DNA of 64,000 nucleotides from Pseudonocardiaceae bacterium (GCA_035551355.1 DASZNF010000053.1:7129-71128), one strand, 5' to 3'. Numbered from the stretch's first letter, positions 17,979 through 28,794 are shown. Notes: generated by a model from the sequence alone, not told the origin. Translations and numbers: made by a program.

Positions 17979-19433
17979 TCACCCGGCGGCCGACGAGACC
18001 AGCACCGCGTTGTCGATCAGCAGGTGCCCGTTGCTGGTGATCAGGGCGAACCGGTAGGTCTCCGTGCTGGTCCCACCGCCCTTCTTGGCGAACACCAGGA
18101 TCGCGGTCGCGGTGTGTGAATCGATCACGGTGACCTCGCGCACCCGCACCGCGGCGATGGTCCGGTAGAACCCTTGGAACACCCCGAATCCGCCGTTCTG
18201 CCGCTGGTAGTTCGGGGACAGCTCGCGGAACGCGGCCTGGGTGTTGTGCGGCAGCAGGCCGTAGTAGTCGACCAGGAAGCGTTTGATGGCCGTCGCGTCG
18301 GGCGCCTGGCCGGCCGGACTCGGCGCGGTCACGGTGGTGGAACTGGTCGACGTCGACCCGGCCGCCTGCGCGGTCTGCGGCCCGCCGGACATGCTGGCCA
18401 CGGCCAGCGCCACGCCGACCACGATCGCGGCGGCGGCCGCGGTGAACACGATCGCCTTGGTGGCCCTGCGGCGCTTGCGCACCGGCCGGGCCGGCGCGGG
18501 CAGCGGCGCCGGAAAGGCGTTGGCCGCGGACAACGTGCCGGTGGCGCCGGTCCGCCGCGGGCCGGCGCCGACCATCGCGGTTCGGTCCACTGTGGACTTT
18601 CGCGGTTTCGGCATCGCCTGCTGGGCGAGGCTCTCCAGCCGGGCGGACGCCTCGCCGAGGGTCAGCCGGGCGGCCGGTTCGGGCTGTAGCAGCCCGGTCA
18701 GCACCGGGGTCAGCGGCCCGGCCCGGCGCGGCGGGCGCACCCGGCCTGCGGCCGCCGAATACAGCACGGCCAGCGCGTTCTCGCCGGCGAACGGCGGCTC
18801 GCCCTCCACCGCCGCGTACAGGGTGGCGCCCAGCGCGAACACGTCCGAGGCCGGCGTGGGCGCCGCTCCCCCGGCCACCTCCGGCGCCAGGTAGGCCGGG
18901 GTGCCCGAGACCAGACCGGTCTGGGTGATCACCACGTCGCCGACGGCCCGGGAGATGCCGAAGTCGACCAGTTTCGCGCTGCCGCCCTCGGGCAGCAACA
19001 CGTTGCCCGGCTTGATGTCCCGGTGCACGATGCCGACCCGGTGGGCCGCGGTCAGCGCGGCGGCGATCTGCGCGCCGATGGCCGCCACCCGGGCCGGGGG
19101 CAGCGGGCCGTGCTCGGCCAGCACCGCGGCCAGGCTCGGCGCGGGCACGTACTCCATGACCAGCACCGGCGTGCCCTGGTGGTCCACCACGTCGTACACG
19201 GTGACCGCGTTGGGGTGGTGCAGCCGCGCGGTGATGCGGGCCTCGCGGCGGGCACGCTCGTGCGCCTCCTCAAGGGCCTCGCCGGTCACGTCGGCGCGTT
19301 CCAGCAGCAGTTTGACCGCGACGGCGCGCCGCAGCACCTCGTCCGCGCCCCGCCACACGCTGCCCATCGAGCCGCCACCGATCCGCTCGACGAGCCGGTA
19401 GCGGCCGGCGATGAGGTCGCCCTCGTTGCTCAC
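17979..19433 (-). CDS. Ser/Thr protein kinase with TM segment and extracellular C-terminal domain
   Basis: Kinase motifs: GGGSMGSVW, AVK, HRDIKPGNVLL, DFG, APE. The start is set at GTG 19433, which is preceded by GGGAGA. Confidence 0.85.
   Translation of the reverse strand: MSNEGDLIAGRYRLVERIGGGSMGSVWRGADEVLRRAVAVKLLLERADVTGEALEEAHERARREARITARLHHPNAVTVYDVVDHQGTPVLVMEYVPAPSLAAVLAEHGPLPPARVAAIGAQIAAALTAAHRVGIVHRDIKPGNVLLPEGGSAKLVDFGISRAVGDVVITQTGLVSGTPAYLAPEVAGGAAPTPASDVFALGATLYAAVEGEPPFAGENALAVLYSAAAGRVRPPRRAGPLTPVLTGLLQPEPAARLTLGEASARLESLAQQAMPKPRKSTVDRTAMVGAGPRRTGATGTLSAANAFPAPLPAPARPVRKRRRATKAIVFTAAAAAIVVGVALAVASMSGGPQTAQAAGSTSTSSTTVTAPSPAGQAPDATAIKRFLVDYYGLLPHNTQAAFRELSPNYQRQNGGFGVFQGFYRTIAAVRVREVTVIDSHTATAILVFAKKGGGTSTETYRFALITSNGHLLIDNAVLVSSAAG
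18585..18597. repeat. Copy of iterated 13-bp palindrome (GTCCACTGTGGAC, exact)
   Basis: Read directly. It lies inside the kinase CDS. On the coding strand it reads TCC ACA GTG GAC (STVD). Confidence 0.85.
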
Positions 19434-19534
19434 CTGGTTTCTCCCGGATGGCTGCCAGTCCTCGCGCTGCCCGTCACGATAGACATCCGGCGCCTTGAAC
19501 ACCGCGTTTCACACCGAATGTCAAGGAATGGCAA

Positions 19535-19850
19535 TCAATTGGCGTCCCGGTGATCACGCTGACCGCCCACGGCTGGGCCGAACGGTGGATGCTCGTTCCC
19601 GTCGTTCGGCCCAGTCCGCAGCGCGCGCATAGCGACCACGAGCGCCGCGATCCGGCGCGTCCGTGGATCGGGATCGGGATCGAACGGGCCCCGGGTGGCC
19701 AGGAAGTCCCGCAACGTCTGGAGCACCGAGACCCGGCCGGGCGCTGGCGCACCGCGACCGTCAGCGCCTGCTCGCGTTCGGCGCCGTCCCCGAGGATCAG
19801 CGCTTCCTTGCCACCCGGGAAGGGCACGAACAGGGCAGAGACCGCCGTGT
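19535..19850 (-). pseudogene. Possible frameshifted remnant of a small gene
   Basis: On the minus strand, high GC3 runs in one frame from about 19850 to about 19745 (ALFVPFPGGKEALILGDGAEREQALTVAV). It then switches to a second frame down to the stop at 19535 (VLQTLRDFLATRGPFDPDPDP...). No family is recognised. Confidence 0.3.
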
Positions 19851-19897
19851 CCGCCGCCCGGCATCGAACCCTTTGCGTCGTAACGGTTCTGGACCGG

Positions 19898-22366
19898 TCA
19901 GCGGGTGTGCGCGTTGATCACGTGCACGCCCGGGCCGAGCTGGGCCCGGGTGCCCGGCGCGGTCATCCCCTGCGGCAGTCGCAACGTGGCCGTGGTGCCC
20001 CGCGGCACGTCCACCGTGATGCGCAGGCTGCCGCCCGGATCCTGGCTCCAGCTCACCGAGATGGCGCCGTGCGGGGTGGGCACGGTGCCCTGCGCCCACC
20101 GCACGTTGCCCGGATTCGGTTGCAGGTTCCAGGTGGCGAAGCCGACGCCGGTGGGCTGTACGCCGAGCAGATCGTTGGTCAGCGCGGGAACCACGCCGGT
20201 GGACCAGCCGTGCGCGGTGCTGGTGTAGGCGCCCTCGTACAGCGAGCCGCCCGCGCCGATGCCCTCCCAGTCGGTCTTTCCCGGGTCGTGGGCGGCCATC
20301 CAGCCGTAGAGCCGGTCGATCTCGTTCAGCGCGGAATCCGCCTGCCCGGCCTGGAAACGCGCCTCCAGCTCCGGGTAGGAGGTGAACGCGTACACCCGCT
20401 GGGTGCCGTCGGAGACCAGGGTGTCGTTGTCCATGAACGAGTTGCCGTAGGGCTGTTCGGTGTGCGCGGCCAGGTAGTTCAGCGCCTGCGTGGCCCGCTG
20501 ACCGGTGGCCACCCCGGCCACGACGGCGATGCTGTTGCCGTCCTGGGCGTGCCGCACCGGACCGGTCGCCGAGTCGAGATAGGCGCCGACACTGGGGTCC
20601 CACAGGTGCGCGTTGATGGCGTCGCTGACCGTCTGCGCCCGCTGCTGCCAGCGCGTGGCGTCGGCGGAGTTGCCCAACGCGAACGCCAGCTGGGCCGCGT
20701 CCGTCAACGCTTCCACGTACAGCGCGTTGTAGTAGGTGACCTCGCCGGTGCGCGGCAGGAAGGCGTAGTCGCCGTAGCCGCCGGTGCCGTTGAGTCCCTT
20801 GGACAGCAACCCGTTGGCGTCGGTGACCGACGGGTACCAGTCGTCGAGCAGCTTCACCAGGTTCGGGTAGTACTGCTTGCCGAAACCGAGATCTCCGTTG
20901 TATTCCAGGTAATCCCAGCTCGCGGTGACCCAGTACAGCGGGTACTCGAACAGCGGGAGGGTGTAGTCGTTGATCGAGGCGGGCGGGATGTAGCCGTCGG
21001 CCCGCTGGTGGTCGGCCAGATCGACCAGCACGTTCTTGGCCGCCGCGCCCACGTCGTGGGTGAGGTAGTCGGTGCGGCCGGACACCGCGATGTCCCCGAC
21101 ATACGGGTCGCGGTCGCGCTTGGCCCCGTCCTGCAGCACTACTTTGCCGTCCAGGCCGGGGGTGTCGGCGTTGCGCGGATCGACGTCGGTGGCGCGGAAG
21201 GTGTCGGTGACCAGTTCGTTGGTGTAGCTGGCGTCGTACCAGTACTGGTTGAGCTGGTCGTCGCTGGACAGGAAGGTGCCCCGGTAGGTGTTCGGGGTGC
21301 CCAGGAAAGCGGTGAAGTCCAGGCTCACCTTGCGCAGCGACACCGTGCCGTACGGCTCGGCGTTGGGTGCGTCACCGGCCAGCGCGTCCAGGCTGATCTT
21401 GAGGTAGCGGAAGCCGTGCAGGCCATCGGCGCACACCTGGGTGCCGAACTGGCAGCTCTTGGTGTCGGTCCAGGTGGCCCCACCGGCGGGCACCGCGTAC
21501 TGGTCGGTACCCGGGCCGCCGGAGAAGTCCGAGCGCATGAAGTCCGAGCGGTCGGTGAGGTACTGGGTGGACTCGGAGAACGCCACCCGCACGCCCGGGT
21601 GGTCACCGGTCGATCCGGCGAAGTCCAGCACCGGGTAGCCGACCACGTCCTGGCCGAAGTCCAGGGTGATGCCAGGCGGGTCGTCGGCGGGCACCAGGCC
21701 CGGGTAGACCTCGTTGATCCGGGTGTAGTCACCCTTGTCGCTGGCCTGGTCCCTGGTCACGGTGATGCGCACCTGCGTGGTGCTCACCGTGCCGCTGAAC
21801 GGAACCTGGACTTCCACCGCGGTGTTGCCGGTGAGCGCACCGGACTGCTGCCAGGCGCTGCCGGTCCAGGTGTCCACCGTGAAGTCCTGCGGCACACCGT
21901 CCGAATTGGACAGTACGGTGATGCCCGGCAGGCTGACCGCGGTGGGCGAGGTGATGGTCAGCACCGCCGGGTAGGTGTCCGGGTTGGCGTCGTTCCAGAA
22001 CGTGTCGGTGTTGCCGTCGATGGCGTTGCCCGGCACGTAGGTGCGCGGCTGGCCGTTGTTGCCGCTGTTGGGATCGTGGTAGGAGGACGCGGTGGCCGTG
22101 CTGCCGCTGGGCCAGCTCGGCCTGGCCGGGGGCACCGGGCGGCTCAGCGTGGTCACGCCGCCGTGCAGCACGCCCTGCGGGTTGGTCACCGAGCCGCTGG
22201 TGGTCAGCACCCGCACCGGGGAGACCACGCGGCTGTTCGGTGCGATCACGTATTTCTGCCAGCCTGGCGCCGCGAGATGGCCGGCGGCCGACACCGGAGA
22301 GGCGGCCACACCGAGGGCCGCGACGATGGCCGCGACAACGGCGACCGACTTGCGCACTGGTCTCAC
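19898..22366 (-). CDS. Secreted six-hairpin glycoside hydrolase (alpha-L-rhamnosidase/GH78-like) with N-terminal F5/8 type C domain
   Basis: A signal peptide is followed by a discoidin-like region (NAIDGNTDTFWN...QVRITV) and then a long (alpha/alpha)6-like region. The family call is tentative. Confidence 0.65.
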   Translation of the reverse strand: MRPVRKSVAVVAAIVAALGVAASPVSAAGHLAAPGWQKYVIAPNSRVVSPVRVLTTSGSVTNPQGVLHGGVTTLSRPVPPARPSWPSGSTATASSYHDPNSGNNGQPRTYVPGNAIDGNTDTFWNDANPDTYPAVLTITSPTAVSLPGITVLSNSDGVPQDFTVDTWTGSAWQQSGALTGNTAVEVQVPFSGTVSTTQVRITVTRDQASDKGDYTRINEVYPGLVPADDPPGITLDFGQDVVGYPVLDFAGSTGDHPGVRVAFSESTQYLTDRSDFMRSDFSGGPGTDQYAVPAGGATWTDTKSCQFGTQVCADGLHGFRYLKISLDALAGDAPNAEPYGTVSLRKVSLDFTAFLGTPNTYRGTFLSSDDQLNQYWYDASYTNELVTDTFRATDVDPRNADTPGLDGKVVLQDGAKRDRDPYVGDIAVSGRTDYLTHDVGAAAKNVLVDLADHQRADGYIPPASINDYTLPLFEYPLYWVTASWDYLEYNGDLGFGKQYYPNLVKLLDDWYPSVTDANGLLSKGLNGTGGYGDYAFLPRTGEVTYYNALYVEALTDAAQLAFALGNSADATRWQQRAQTVSDAINAHLWDPSVGAYLDSATGPVRHAQDGNSIAVVAGVATGQRATQALNYLAAHTEQPYGNSFMDNDTLVSDGTQRVYAFTSYPELEARFQAGQADSALNEIDRLYGWMAAHDPGKTDWEGIGAGGSLYEGAYTSTAHGWSTGVVPALTNDLLGVQPTGVGFATWNLQPNPGNVRWAQGTVPTPHGAISVSWSQDPGGSLRITVDVPRGTTATLRLPQGMTAPGTRAQLGPGVHVINAHTR

Positions 22367-22377
22367 AAGTTAGCGAC

Positions 22378-22393
22378 AATGGTCTGCACCAAC
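22378..22393. promoter_or_regulatory. Weak DasR/dre-like box AATGGTCTGCACCAAC
   Basis: It matches 11 of 16 positions of the Streptomyces dre consensus A(G/C)TGGTCTAGACCA(C/G)T, as I recall it. It lies 12 nt upstream of the GH start. Confidence 0.25.
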
Positions 22394-22438
22394 GACACCG
22401 TCAACGGTTTCGGCCGATCTGGGCCGGATGTGGCCGCG

Positions 22439-23086
22439 TCAGTCGAGACCGCTGTCGCGCAGCGTGATGTTCAGCCGTCCGGCGGACAGTCCGATGTCCG
22501 GGACTTCGATGTCCGGCAACAGCTTCGGCACCCCGTGGTAGGCGTCCCGGCTCGGCCCGCCGAACACCAGCAGGTCCCCGGAGCGCAGTTCCACGTCCAT
22601 CCACGGCCGGTTACGGTTCTCCGTGTTGCCCAACCGGAACACGCAGGCCGCCCCCAGACTCAGCGACACGATCGGCGCCGGTGAGCGTTCCTCGGCGTCG
22701 CGATGCTGACCCATTTTCGCGTCGGCATCGTAGAAATTGATCAGCGCGACATCCGGCACATAGTCCACAGTGGACTCTGGATCGGCGTCGGCCACCGCGG
22801 CGCGGCCCAGATCACCGAGCCAGTCCGGGAACGGCAGCACCGGTGAGCCGTCCTGGTCGTCCCGGGTGCGCGAGTAACGGTAGGGAATCCAGTGCCAGCC
22901 AAGGCAGACCGTGCGCACCGACATCAGCCCGCCGGTGGGCAGCCGGGCCGCCCGCAGTCCCGGACCGGCGCCGGCCCACTCCCGGCAGGCCCGCACCAAC
23001 TCGGCCTGCCGCTCGACGCTCAGCCAGTCCGGCACGTGCACCGCGCCGGGCGCGAGTTCCCGCCGCAGCCGGGGAAGCAGCTCCAT
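22439..23086 (-). CDS. alkB: Alpha-ketoglutarate-dependent dioxygenase AlkB
   Basis: AlkB-like motifs: LINFYDADAKMGQHRDAEE, IVSLSLG, FGGPSRDAYHGV, RLNITLR. Confidence 0.85.
   Translation of the reverse strand: MELLPRLRRELAPGAVHVPDWLSVERQAELVRACREWAGAGPGLRAARLPTGGLMSVRTVCLGWHWIPYRYSRTRDDQDGSPVLPFPDWLGDLGRAAVADADPESTVDYVPDVALINFYDADAKMGQHRDAEERSPAPIVSLSLGAACVFRLGNTENRNRPWMDVELRSGDLLVFGGPSRDAYHGVPKLLPDIEVPDIGLSAGRLNITLRDSGLD
22763..22775. repeat. Copy of iterated 13-bp palindrome (GTCCACAGTGGAC, exact)
   Basis: Read directly. It lies inside alkB. On the coding strand it reads TCC ACT GTG GAC (STVD). Confidence 0.85.
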
Positions 23087-23089
23087 CTA

Positions 23090-24592
23090 CTAATCCCCTG
23101 CCACCGGTGCGCTGCTGGTCCCCTGTTCCTCCGGATACACCGCCGGACCGGCCACCGCGCCGCAGTGCGAGCAGGTCTCCAGTTCCAGCCGGGGCACCAC
23201 GCGCGGCGCCGGGGTGGGCGCCGGAATGGCCAGGAAGGCCAGCAGCGCGCCCAGGGTCAGCAGGCAGGCCGCGATGATCATGGACAGGTGGAAGCCGTGG
23301 TCGAACGCGGTGGCGTCGGTGTAGTCGCCGCCGGAGATGCCGGCCACCACCGGGATCACCGCGACCGCGAGCAGCCCGGCCGCGCGGGCCACCGCGTTGT
23401 TGATGCCGGAGGCAAGCCCGGCGTGCCGGTCGTCGACCGAGTCCAGCACGGTCGCGGTCAATGGCGCCACGGTCAGCGACAGGCCGAGGCCGAACACCAC
23501 CACCGCGGGCAGCACGTCGGTCAGGTAGTGCGCGTGGGCGCCGATGCGCAGGGTCAGCAGCAGTCCGCAGGCGGCCACCAGCGGCCCGGCGGTCATCGGG
23601 ATCCGGGGGCCGATCTTCTGGGCCAGCCGCCCGGTGCGCGAGGACAGCGCCAGCATGATCAGCGTGACCGGCAGCAGCGCGGTGCCGGCCAGCAGCACCG
23701 GGAACGAGGCGACCACCTGCAACTGCAGCACCAGCAACAGGAACACCACACCCAGCGCCGCGTACACCAGCAACGTCACCAGGTTGGCCGCACTGAACCG
23801 GCGGCTGGCGAAGATGTCCAGCGGCACCAGCGGATGGCTGGATTTCCGTTCCACCACAACGAAACTCACCAGCGCCGCCACCCCGACCATCCCGGCCACC
23901 CAGGTGGTCGCGCCGCCACTGCCGGCCGAGGTGAGCGCGGCCGTGGTCGCGCCGAGACCCAGGACGACCAGCACCGTGCCCCATAGGTCGGTGTGCGGCG
24001 AGGCGCTGGGGTCGCGGGATTCGGGCACGTGTTTCAACGCCACCACCACGACCAGCACGGCCAGCGGCAGGTTGATCAGGAACACCGCGCGCCAGGTCCA
24101 CTGCACCAGCCAGCCGCCGAGGAACGGCCCGATCGCCCCGGCGATCCCGCCCAGCCCGGACCACGCGCCCACCGCGGCCGAGCGGTCGGCGCCGCCGAAG
24201 GAGGCGGAGATGATGGCCAGGCTGCCCGGGGTGAGCAGCGCGCCGCCGATGCCCTGCACCGCGCGGGCGGCCACCAGCACGGTGATGTTGGGCGCCAGCC
24301 CGCACAGCAGTGAGGCCAGCGCGAACCACACCACCCCGATGAGGAACACCCGGCGCCGGCCGAACCGGTCGCCCAGCGAGCCGCCGAGCAGGATCAGCGA
24401 GGCCAGGGTGAGGGTGTAGGCATTGACCGTCCACTGTAGACCAGCGAAGGCGGTGTGCAGGTCGGCGCCGATGTGCCGCAGCGCGATGTTGACCACGGTG
24501 GAGTCGAGCATCGCCACGCCCGAGCCCAGCACCGTGGCCAGCAGCACCCAACGGCCGGTCGGCGTCCCCATGCGCAACGTCGGCTCGCTCAT
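23090..24592 (-). CDS. MFS transporter, DHA2 (EmrB/QacA, 14-TMS) type
   Basis: Sequence such as LGSGVAMLDSTVVNIAL and GGSLGDRFGRRRVF, together with about 14 hydrophobic segments. The start is set at ATG 24592. Confidence 0.85.
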   Translation of the reverse strand: MSEPTLRMGTPTGRWVLLATVLGSGVAMLDSTVVNIALRHIGADLHTAFAGLQWTVNAYTLTLASLILLGGSLGDRFGRRRVFLIGVVWFALASLLCGLAPNITVLVAARAVQGIGGALLTPGSLAIISASFGGADRSAAVGAWSGLGGIAGAIGPFLGGWLVQWTWRAVFLINLPLAVLVVVVALKHVPESRDPSASPHTDLWGTVLVVLGLGATTAALTSAGSGGATTWVAGMVGVAALVSFVVVERKSSHPLVPLDIFASRRFSAANLVTLLVYAALGVVFLLLVLQLQVVASFPVLLAGTALLPVTLIMLALSSRTGRLAQKIGPRIPMTAGPLVAACGLLLTLRIGAHAHYLTDVLPAVVVFGLGLSLTVAPLTATVLDSVDDRHAGLASGINNAVARAAGLLAVAVIPVVAGISGGDYTDATAFDHGFHLSMIIAACLLTLGALLAFLAIPAPTPAPRVVPRLELETCSHCGAVAGPAVYPEEQGTSSAPVAGD

Positions 24593-24753
24593 CACGTCCC
24601 GTCTGCCGGAGCCCGTCGGCGCCTGTGTCGTGGAATGCGGTGGGCCGGCGACCGCCGCTGGCCGCCGACCCCGACAGCCTGCCACACCGGGCCGGTGACG
24701 TCTCGGTATGCGACATTTCCGGCCCCGCGTCGCCCCGTCGGGTGGTCTGGCCC

Positions 24754-24785
24754 CCGGTATCTCACTCACCTGGGTGAGATACCGG
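24754..24785. promoter_or_regulatory. Perfect 12-bp inverted repeat CCGGTATCTCAC-N8-GTGAGATACCGG
   Basis: Read directly. It lies in the divergent intergenic region between the MFS gene and the small antitoxin-like gene. Confidence 0.5.
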
Positions 24786-24855
24786 CGAACACGTGTGACC
24801 TGCGCCGATCCGGGTAACACCGACTGCGTCACTGCCCGTCAACGGAAGGAACGTC

Positions 24856-25062
24856 ATGGGCTTGGACGACCTGAAGGACAAGGCCAAGCAGATGCTGGGC
24901 CAGCACCCGGACCAGGCCGACAAGGCGGTCGACAAGGGCAAGGAGTTCCTGGACGAGAAGACCGGCAACAAGTACTCCGACCAGCTTGACTCGGGCGCGG
25001 ACAAGGCCAAGCAGATGTACCAGCGGGACGACCAGCAGCAGCCCCCGCAGCCGCCGCAGTAA
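24856..25062 (+). CDS. MT0933/Rv0909-like small protein (annotated in that family as a putative antitoxin)
   Basis: A 68-aa Lys/Asp-rich helical protein containing KAVDKGKEFLDEKTGNKYSDQLD. GGAAGGAA sits upstream of the ATG. Confidence 0.65.
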   Translation: MGLDDLKDKAKQMLGQHPDQADKAVDKGKEFLDEKTGNKYSDQLDSGADKAKQMYQRDDQQQPPQPPQ

Positions 25063-25090
25063 GCCGCCGTACCGGGTCGCCGGGAGCACT

Positions 25091-25122
25091 GCGGGACGTC
25101 GATCTTCGGATCGGCGTCCCGC
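25091..25122 (+). terminator. Stem-loop with 14-bp stem (one G-U pair) and UUCG tetraloop
   Basis: The sequence is gcgggacgtcgatc-ttcg-gatcggcgtcccgc, 29 nt after the stop of the small gene. The U-tract after it is weak (gctgcttgtg). Confidence 0.65.
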
Positions 25123-25187
25123 CGCTGCTTGTGCCGGTTCCCACAGGGCCCCCGAAAGGCGCGGCAAGATCGCCGTAGAATTCAGCG

Positions 25188-27044
<1,857 letters not shown>

Positions 27045-27147
27045 GCGGCGGGCAACCGCGGGCGTAAGCACTGGGCAAGAAGGGCGTCACAGTTCGGTAA
27101 GCGGCGTAACGGTGTCGACCGCCCGGAGTAGGCATTAGCGTTCTGGT

Positions 27148-28347
27148 GTGGACGTAGAACAGCCCGCCGGACCGGCCACTGTGGACGGTAGGCGGCACCC
27201 GATCCGGTCGCGCCTGCCGCGCTCCCCGCGTCCGCCGGAGGAGAAGGACTTCACGGCCGAGGCGCACGACCGGACGGTGACTTCCCGGATCGGGCTGTGG
27301 CTGGGCATCGCGTTCACCGTCTGCTTCGTCACCGGGCTGCTCAGCCATTTCATCCAGCACCCGACGTCCTGGTTCTTCTGGCCCAGCCGCCCGGTGAGCC
27401 TCTACCGGTTCACCCAGGGCCTGCACGTGATCTCCGGGATCGCGGCGATTCCGCTGCTGCTGGCCAAGCTGTGGTCGGTCTTCCCGAAACTGTTCGGCAA
27501 GCCGCTGGTGCGCTCACTGCCACACGCCATCGAGCGCGGCTCCATCCTGCTGTTGTCCGCCTCGGCGTTCTTCGAGCTGATCACCGGCGTGTTCAACATC
27601 TTCCAGAACTACCCGTGGCCGTTCTACTTCCCCACCATCCACTACGCGATCGCCTGGGTGGCCGTCGGCTCGATCGCGGTGCACGTGGCGGTGAAGCTCC
27701 CGGTGATCCGGCTGGGCCTCGGCGAGGAACCCGGCTTCAAACCGGGGCGCGACAGCCTGTCCCGCCGGGGTTTCCTGCGCGCCACCTGGCTGACCACCGG
27801 GGTCGCGGTGCTGGCCACCGCGGGCAGCTCGGTTCCGTTCCTGCGCACCGTTTCCGTGCTGGCCACGCAGAACACCGACGGCGAGCAGTCGCTGCCGGTC
27901 AACCGCAGCGCGGCGCACGCCGGCATCATCGCCAAGGCCACCGATCCGGCCTGGCGGCTGGAGATCGCCGCGCCGCACGGCCTGCACCGGTTCTCCCTGG
28001 CCGACTTGCGGGCCATGCCGCAGACCACGGCCGAACTGCCGATCGCCTGCGTCGAGGGCTGGAGCCGGTCGGCGACCTGGACCGGGGTGCCGGTGGCGGA
28101 TCTGTTGCGGGCGGTGGGTTCCGGCCCGGGCACCGCGCTGCGGGTGGAGTCGCTGGAGCGCGGCTCGATCTACGGCTCCAGCACACTGCCCGGCGAGCAC
28201 ACCCAGGACCCGTTGACCTTGCTGGCTTTGCGGCTCAACGGCGAGGTGCTGGATCTGGACCACGGCTTCCCGTGCCGGATCATCGCGCCGAGCCGGCCGG
28301 GCGTGTTGCAGACCAAATGGGTGGTGCGGATGGAGGTGCTGAGCTGA
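27148..28347 (+). CDS. Molybdopterin-dependent oxidoreductase (sulfite-oxidase fold) fused to an N-terminal membrane domain
   Basis: The N-terminal half has several TM segments. The C-terminal half has LPIACVEGWS and HGFPCRIIAPSRPG motifs typical of the Mo-oxidoreductase family. Confidence 0.8.
   Translation: MDVEQPAGPATVDGRRHPIRSRLPRSPRPPEEKDFTAEAHDRTVTSRIGLWLGIAFTVCFVTGLLSHFIQHPTSWFFWPSRPVSLYRFTQGLHVISGIAAIPLLLAKLWSVFPKLFGKPLVRSLPHAIERGSILLLSASAFFELITGVFNIFQNYPWPFYFPTIHYAIAWVAVGSIAVHVAVKLPVIRLGLGEEPGFKPGRDSLSRRGFLRATWLTTGVAVLATAGSSVPFLRTVSVLATQNTDGEQSLPVNRSAAHAGIIAKATDPAWRLEIAAPHGLHRFSLADLRAMPQTTAELPIACVEGWSRSATWTGVPVADLLRAVGSGPGTALRVESLERGSIYGSSTLPGEHTQDPLTLLALRLNGEVLDLDHGFPCRIIAPSRPGVLQTKWVVRMEVLS
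27174..27186. repeat. Copy of iterated 13-bp palindrome (GGCCACTGTGGAC, 1 mismatch)
   Basis: Read directly. It reads GCC ACT GTG GAC (ATVD) in the annotated frame. Confidence 0.7.
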
Positions 28348-28793
28348 TGCGCACCACGCGGATCGTGTTGGCGCTGGCCGGATTGGCCGCGCTGGGCTAC
28401 GGCATCTCGCTGGTGGTGCCCTTCGCCATCGGCTCACCGGAGAGCGCTCGGTCCACAGTGGAATTCCTGGTCGGCGGACCGGTGGTGCACGACGGCATCG
28501 TGGCGCCCGTCGTGGGCGTGGTCGGCCTGCTCATCGCCCGGAAGCTGCCTCGGCACTGGCGCACTCCGGTGCGGTTGGGCGCGGCGATCTCGGCTGTGCT
28601 CGGGCTGATCGCCGTGCCCGCGTTGTGGCGCGGGTACGCCGGTCTGCACAATCCCGGGCTGGACGACCGGAACTACCCGCTCGGCCTGCTGCTGGCGTTG
28701 CTGGTGGTCTGGCTGGTGGTGGTCGCCGCTGCCCTCGCGCGGCGACGCACCGACCAGCCACCCCCGACCGCTGTGGGTCGTCAGAACCGTTGA
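28347..28793 (+). CDS. Hypothetical integral membrane protein (148 aa)
   Basis: The ATG overlaps the upstream stop (TGATG). It has four hydrophobic segments and high GC3. Confidence 0.6.
   Translation: MRTTRIVLALAGLAALGYGISLVVPFAIGSPESARSTVEFLVGGPVVHDGIVAPVVGVVGLLIARKLPRHWRTPVRLGAAISAVLGLIAVPALWRGYAGLHNPGLDDRNYPLGLLLALLVVWLVVVAAALARRRTDQPPPTAVGRQNR
28451..28463. repeat. Copy of iterated 13-bp palindrome (GTCCACAGTGGAA, 1 outer mismatch)
   Basis: Read directly. It reads TCC ACA GTG GAA (STVE) in frame. Confidence 0.75.
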
Positions 28794-28794
28794 A

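Noticed and set aside
19550-22684. Very long ORFs in the track that lie antisense to, or out of frame with, recognisable genes. Examples are 19550-22684 (1044 aa), 25182-27071 (629 aa), 45834-47972 (712 aa), 53974-55997 and 11857-13296.
   Set aside because: They are Arg/Gly/Pro/His-rich. They lack any motif I recognise. They mirror genes with clear family signatures and correct GC3 bias. This is the classic shadow-ORF artefact of high-GC DNA.
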